Positions 61,201 through 64,000 of a stretch of 64,000 nt of DNA are shown piece by piece (position 1 is the first letter of the stretch; each line of letters starts with the position of its first letter). Both the position numbers and the translations under genes were made by a program. The stretch covers positions 147,128,001 to 147,192,000 of the forward strand of contig CM059432.1 of NCBI GenBank assembly GCA_030390025.1, given 5' to 3'. The notes below the pieces were generated by a model. That model was given only the letters and a program-made list of their open reading frames with translations, did not search any database and was not told where the DNA came from. Source of the stretch: Squalus acanthias. Its lineage: Eukaryota.

Positions 61201-64000
61201 CCATCAACACTGCGTCCATCAACACTGCACTCCATCAACACTGCACTCCCTCAACACAGCACTCCATCAACACTGCACTCCATCAACACTGCACTCCATC
61301 AACACTGCACTCCATCAACACTACACTCCATCAACACAGCACTCCATCAACACTGCACTCCATCAACACTGTGTCCATCAACACTGCACTCCATCAACAC
61401 AGCACTCCATCTACACAGCACTCCATCAACACTGCACTCCATCAACACTGCACTCCATCAACACTGCGTCCATCAACACAGCACTCCATCAACACAACAC
61501 TCCATCAACACAGCACTCCATCAACACTGCACTCCATCAACACTGCACTCCATCAACACTGCACTCCATCAACACTGCGTCCATCAACACTGCACTCCAT
61601 CAACACTGTGTCCATCAACACTGCACTCCATCAACACTGCACTCCATCAACACTGCGTCCATCAACACTGCACTCCATCAACACTGCTGTCCATCAACAC
61701 TGCACTCCATCAACACTGGGTCCATCAACACTGCACTCCACAACACTGCACTCCATCAACACTGCACTCCATCAACACTGCACTCCATCAACACTGTGTC
61801 CATCAACACTGCACTCCATCAACACTGCACTCCATCAACACTGCACTCCACAACACTGTGTCCATCAACACTGCACTCCATCAACACTGCACTCCATCAA
61901 CACTGCACTCCATCAACACTGATGTCCATCAACACTGCACTCCATCAACACTGCACTCCATCACACAGCACTCCATCAACACTGTGTCCATCAACACTGC
62001 ACTCCATCAACACTGCACTCCATCAACACTGTGTCCATCAACACTGCACTCCATCAACACTGCACTCCATCAACACAGCACTCCATCAACACAGCACTCC
62101 ATCAACACTGCGTCCATCAACACTGTGTCCATCAACACTGCACTCCATCAACACTGCGTCCATCAACACTGCACTCCATCAACACTGTGTCCATCAACAC
62201 AGCACTCCATCAACACTGTGTCCATCAACACTGCGTCCATCAACACAGCACTCCATCAACACTGTGTCCATCAACACAGCGTCCATCAACACTGCACTCC
62301 ATCAACACTGCACTCCATCAACACAGCACTCCATCAACACAGCACTCCATCAACACAGCACTCCATCAACACTGCACTCCATCAACACTGCGTCCATCAA
62401 CACTGCACTCCATCAACACAGCACTCCATCAACACTGCGTCCATCAACACTGTGTCCATCAACACAGCACTCCATCAACACAGCACTCCATCAACACAGC
62501 ACTCCATCAACACAGCACTCCATCAACACAGCACTCCATCAACACTGCGTCCATCAACACTGCACTCCATCAACACTGCACTCCATCAACACAGCCTCCA
62601 TCAACACTGCACTCCATCAACACAGCACTCCATCAACACAGCACTCCGTCAACACAGCACTCCATCAACACAGCACTCCATCAACACAGCACTCCATCAA
62701 CACTGCACTCCATCAACACTGTGTCCATCAACACTGCACTCCCTCAACACTGCACTCCATCAACACTGCACTCCATCAACACTGCACTCCATCAAAACAG
62801 CACTCCATCAACACTGCACTCCATCAACACTGCGTCCATCAACACTGCACTCCATCAACACTGCACTCCATCAACACAGCACTCCATCAACACTGCACTC
62901 CATCAACACAGCACTCCATCAACACTGTGTCCATCAACGCTGCACTCCATCAACACAGCACTCCATCACCACAGCACTCCATCAACTCTGCACTCCATCA
63001 ACACTGCACTCCATCAACACTGCGTCCATCAACACTGCACTCCATCAACACTGCACTGCATCAACACTGCACTCCATCAACACTGCACTCCATCAACACT
63101 GCACTCCATCAACACTGCACTCCATCAACACTGTGTCCATCAACACTGCACTCCATCAACACTGCACTCCATCAACACAGCACTCCATCAACACTGCACT
63201 CCATCAACACTGCACTCCATCAACACTGCACTCCATCAACACTGCACTCCATCAACACAGCACTCCATCAACACTGCACTCCATCAACACTGCGTCCATC
63301 AACACTGCACTCCATCAACACTGCACTCCATCAACACAGCACTCCATCAACACTGCTCCATCAACACTGCACTCCATCAACACTGCTCCATCAACACTGC
63401 ACTCCATCAACACTGCACTCCATCAACACTGCACTCCATCAACACAGCACTCCATCAACACTGCACTCCATCAACACTGCACTCCATCAACACTGCACTC
63501 CATCAACACTGCACTCATCAACACTGCACTCCATCAACACTGCACTCCATCAACACTGCACTCCATCAACACTGCACTCCATCAACACTGCACTCCATCA
63601 ACACTGCACTCCATCAACACTGCGTCCATCAACACTGCACTCCATCAACACTGCACTCCATCAACACTGCACTCCATCAACACTGCACTCCATCAACACA
63701 GCACTCCATCAACACTGCACTCCATCAACACTGCGTCCATCAACACTGTGTCCATCAACACTGCACATCCATCAACACTGCACTCCATCAACACTGTGTC
63801 CATCTCACGCACTTCCATCAACACTGCACTCCATCAACTACTGCTCTCCATCAACACTGCACGCATGCTATCCATCAACACTGCACTCCATCAACACTGC
63901 ACTCCATCAACACTGGACCCATCAACACTGCACTCCATCAACACTGCACTCCATCAACACTGCACTCCATCAACACTGTTCCATCAACACTGCACTCCAT
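40276..64000. repeat. Satellite array of interspersed 16-mers CCATCAACAC(T/A)GCACT and 15-mers CCATCAACAC(T/A)G(T/C)GT
   Basis: Continuous for >23 kb except 58586-59031 (roughly 1,500 units by length); runs off the window end. Confidence 0.99.
58586..59031 (+). mobile_element. V-SINE (HE1-like) plus a CR1 3' tail, inserted in the satellite
   Basis: A-box TGGCATAGTGG, B-box GGTTCGAATC, V-domain TGTGTGGAGTTTGCAC.TTCTCCCCGTGTCTGCGTGGGTTTCCTCCGGGTGCTCCGGTTTCCTCCCAC; the tail matches 38445-38561. Confidence 0.92.

Noticed and set aside
40235..61922. Giant ORFs up to 2,481 aa (STLHSINTALHQHCTP repeats)
   Set aside because: All three frames give the same peptide because the 16-bp unit has no stop codon. 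Starts are mostly GTG within the repeat, there is no unique domain, and the array derives from a SINE.
40276..64000. CRISPR-like or telomeric array
   Set aside because: No unique spacers, no cas genes, vertebrate context; no TTAGGG/CCCTAA units.

Overview
Eukaryotic genomic DNA, almost certainly from a shark or ray (HE1-type V-SINE, abundant CR1 LINEs, Deu-domain SINE). The only host gene I can support is three + strand exons of a calmodulin-dependent cyclic-nucleotide phosphodiesterase (PDE1 family, C-terminal part of the catalytic domain) at 9206-9307, 17028-17148 and 18234-18315. Everything else appears intronic. The first 40 kb is a nested mosaic of several element types: CR1 and RTE LINEs; a single-ORF LINE carrying a tRNA-like head; Penelope-like elements with minimal hammerhead ribozymes; two decayed two-gene PIF/Harbinger transposons (transposase plus spliced Myb/SANT gene); and their MITEs. 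From about 40276 to the window end lies a >23 kb 15/16-bp satellite that begins inside a SINE, at the SINE motif resembling its monomer. It has kb-scale higher-order duplications and one inserted V-SINE. The 2,000+ aa ORFs there are artefacts. All family assignments come from motif recognition by eye, not database searches, and element boundaries without a stated TSD are approximate.
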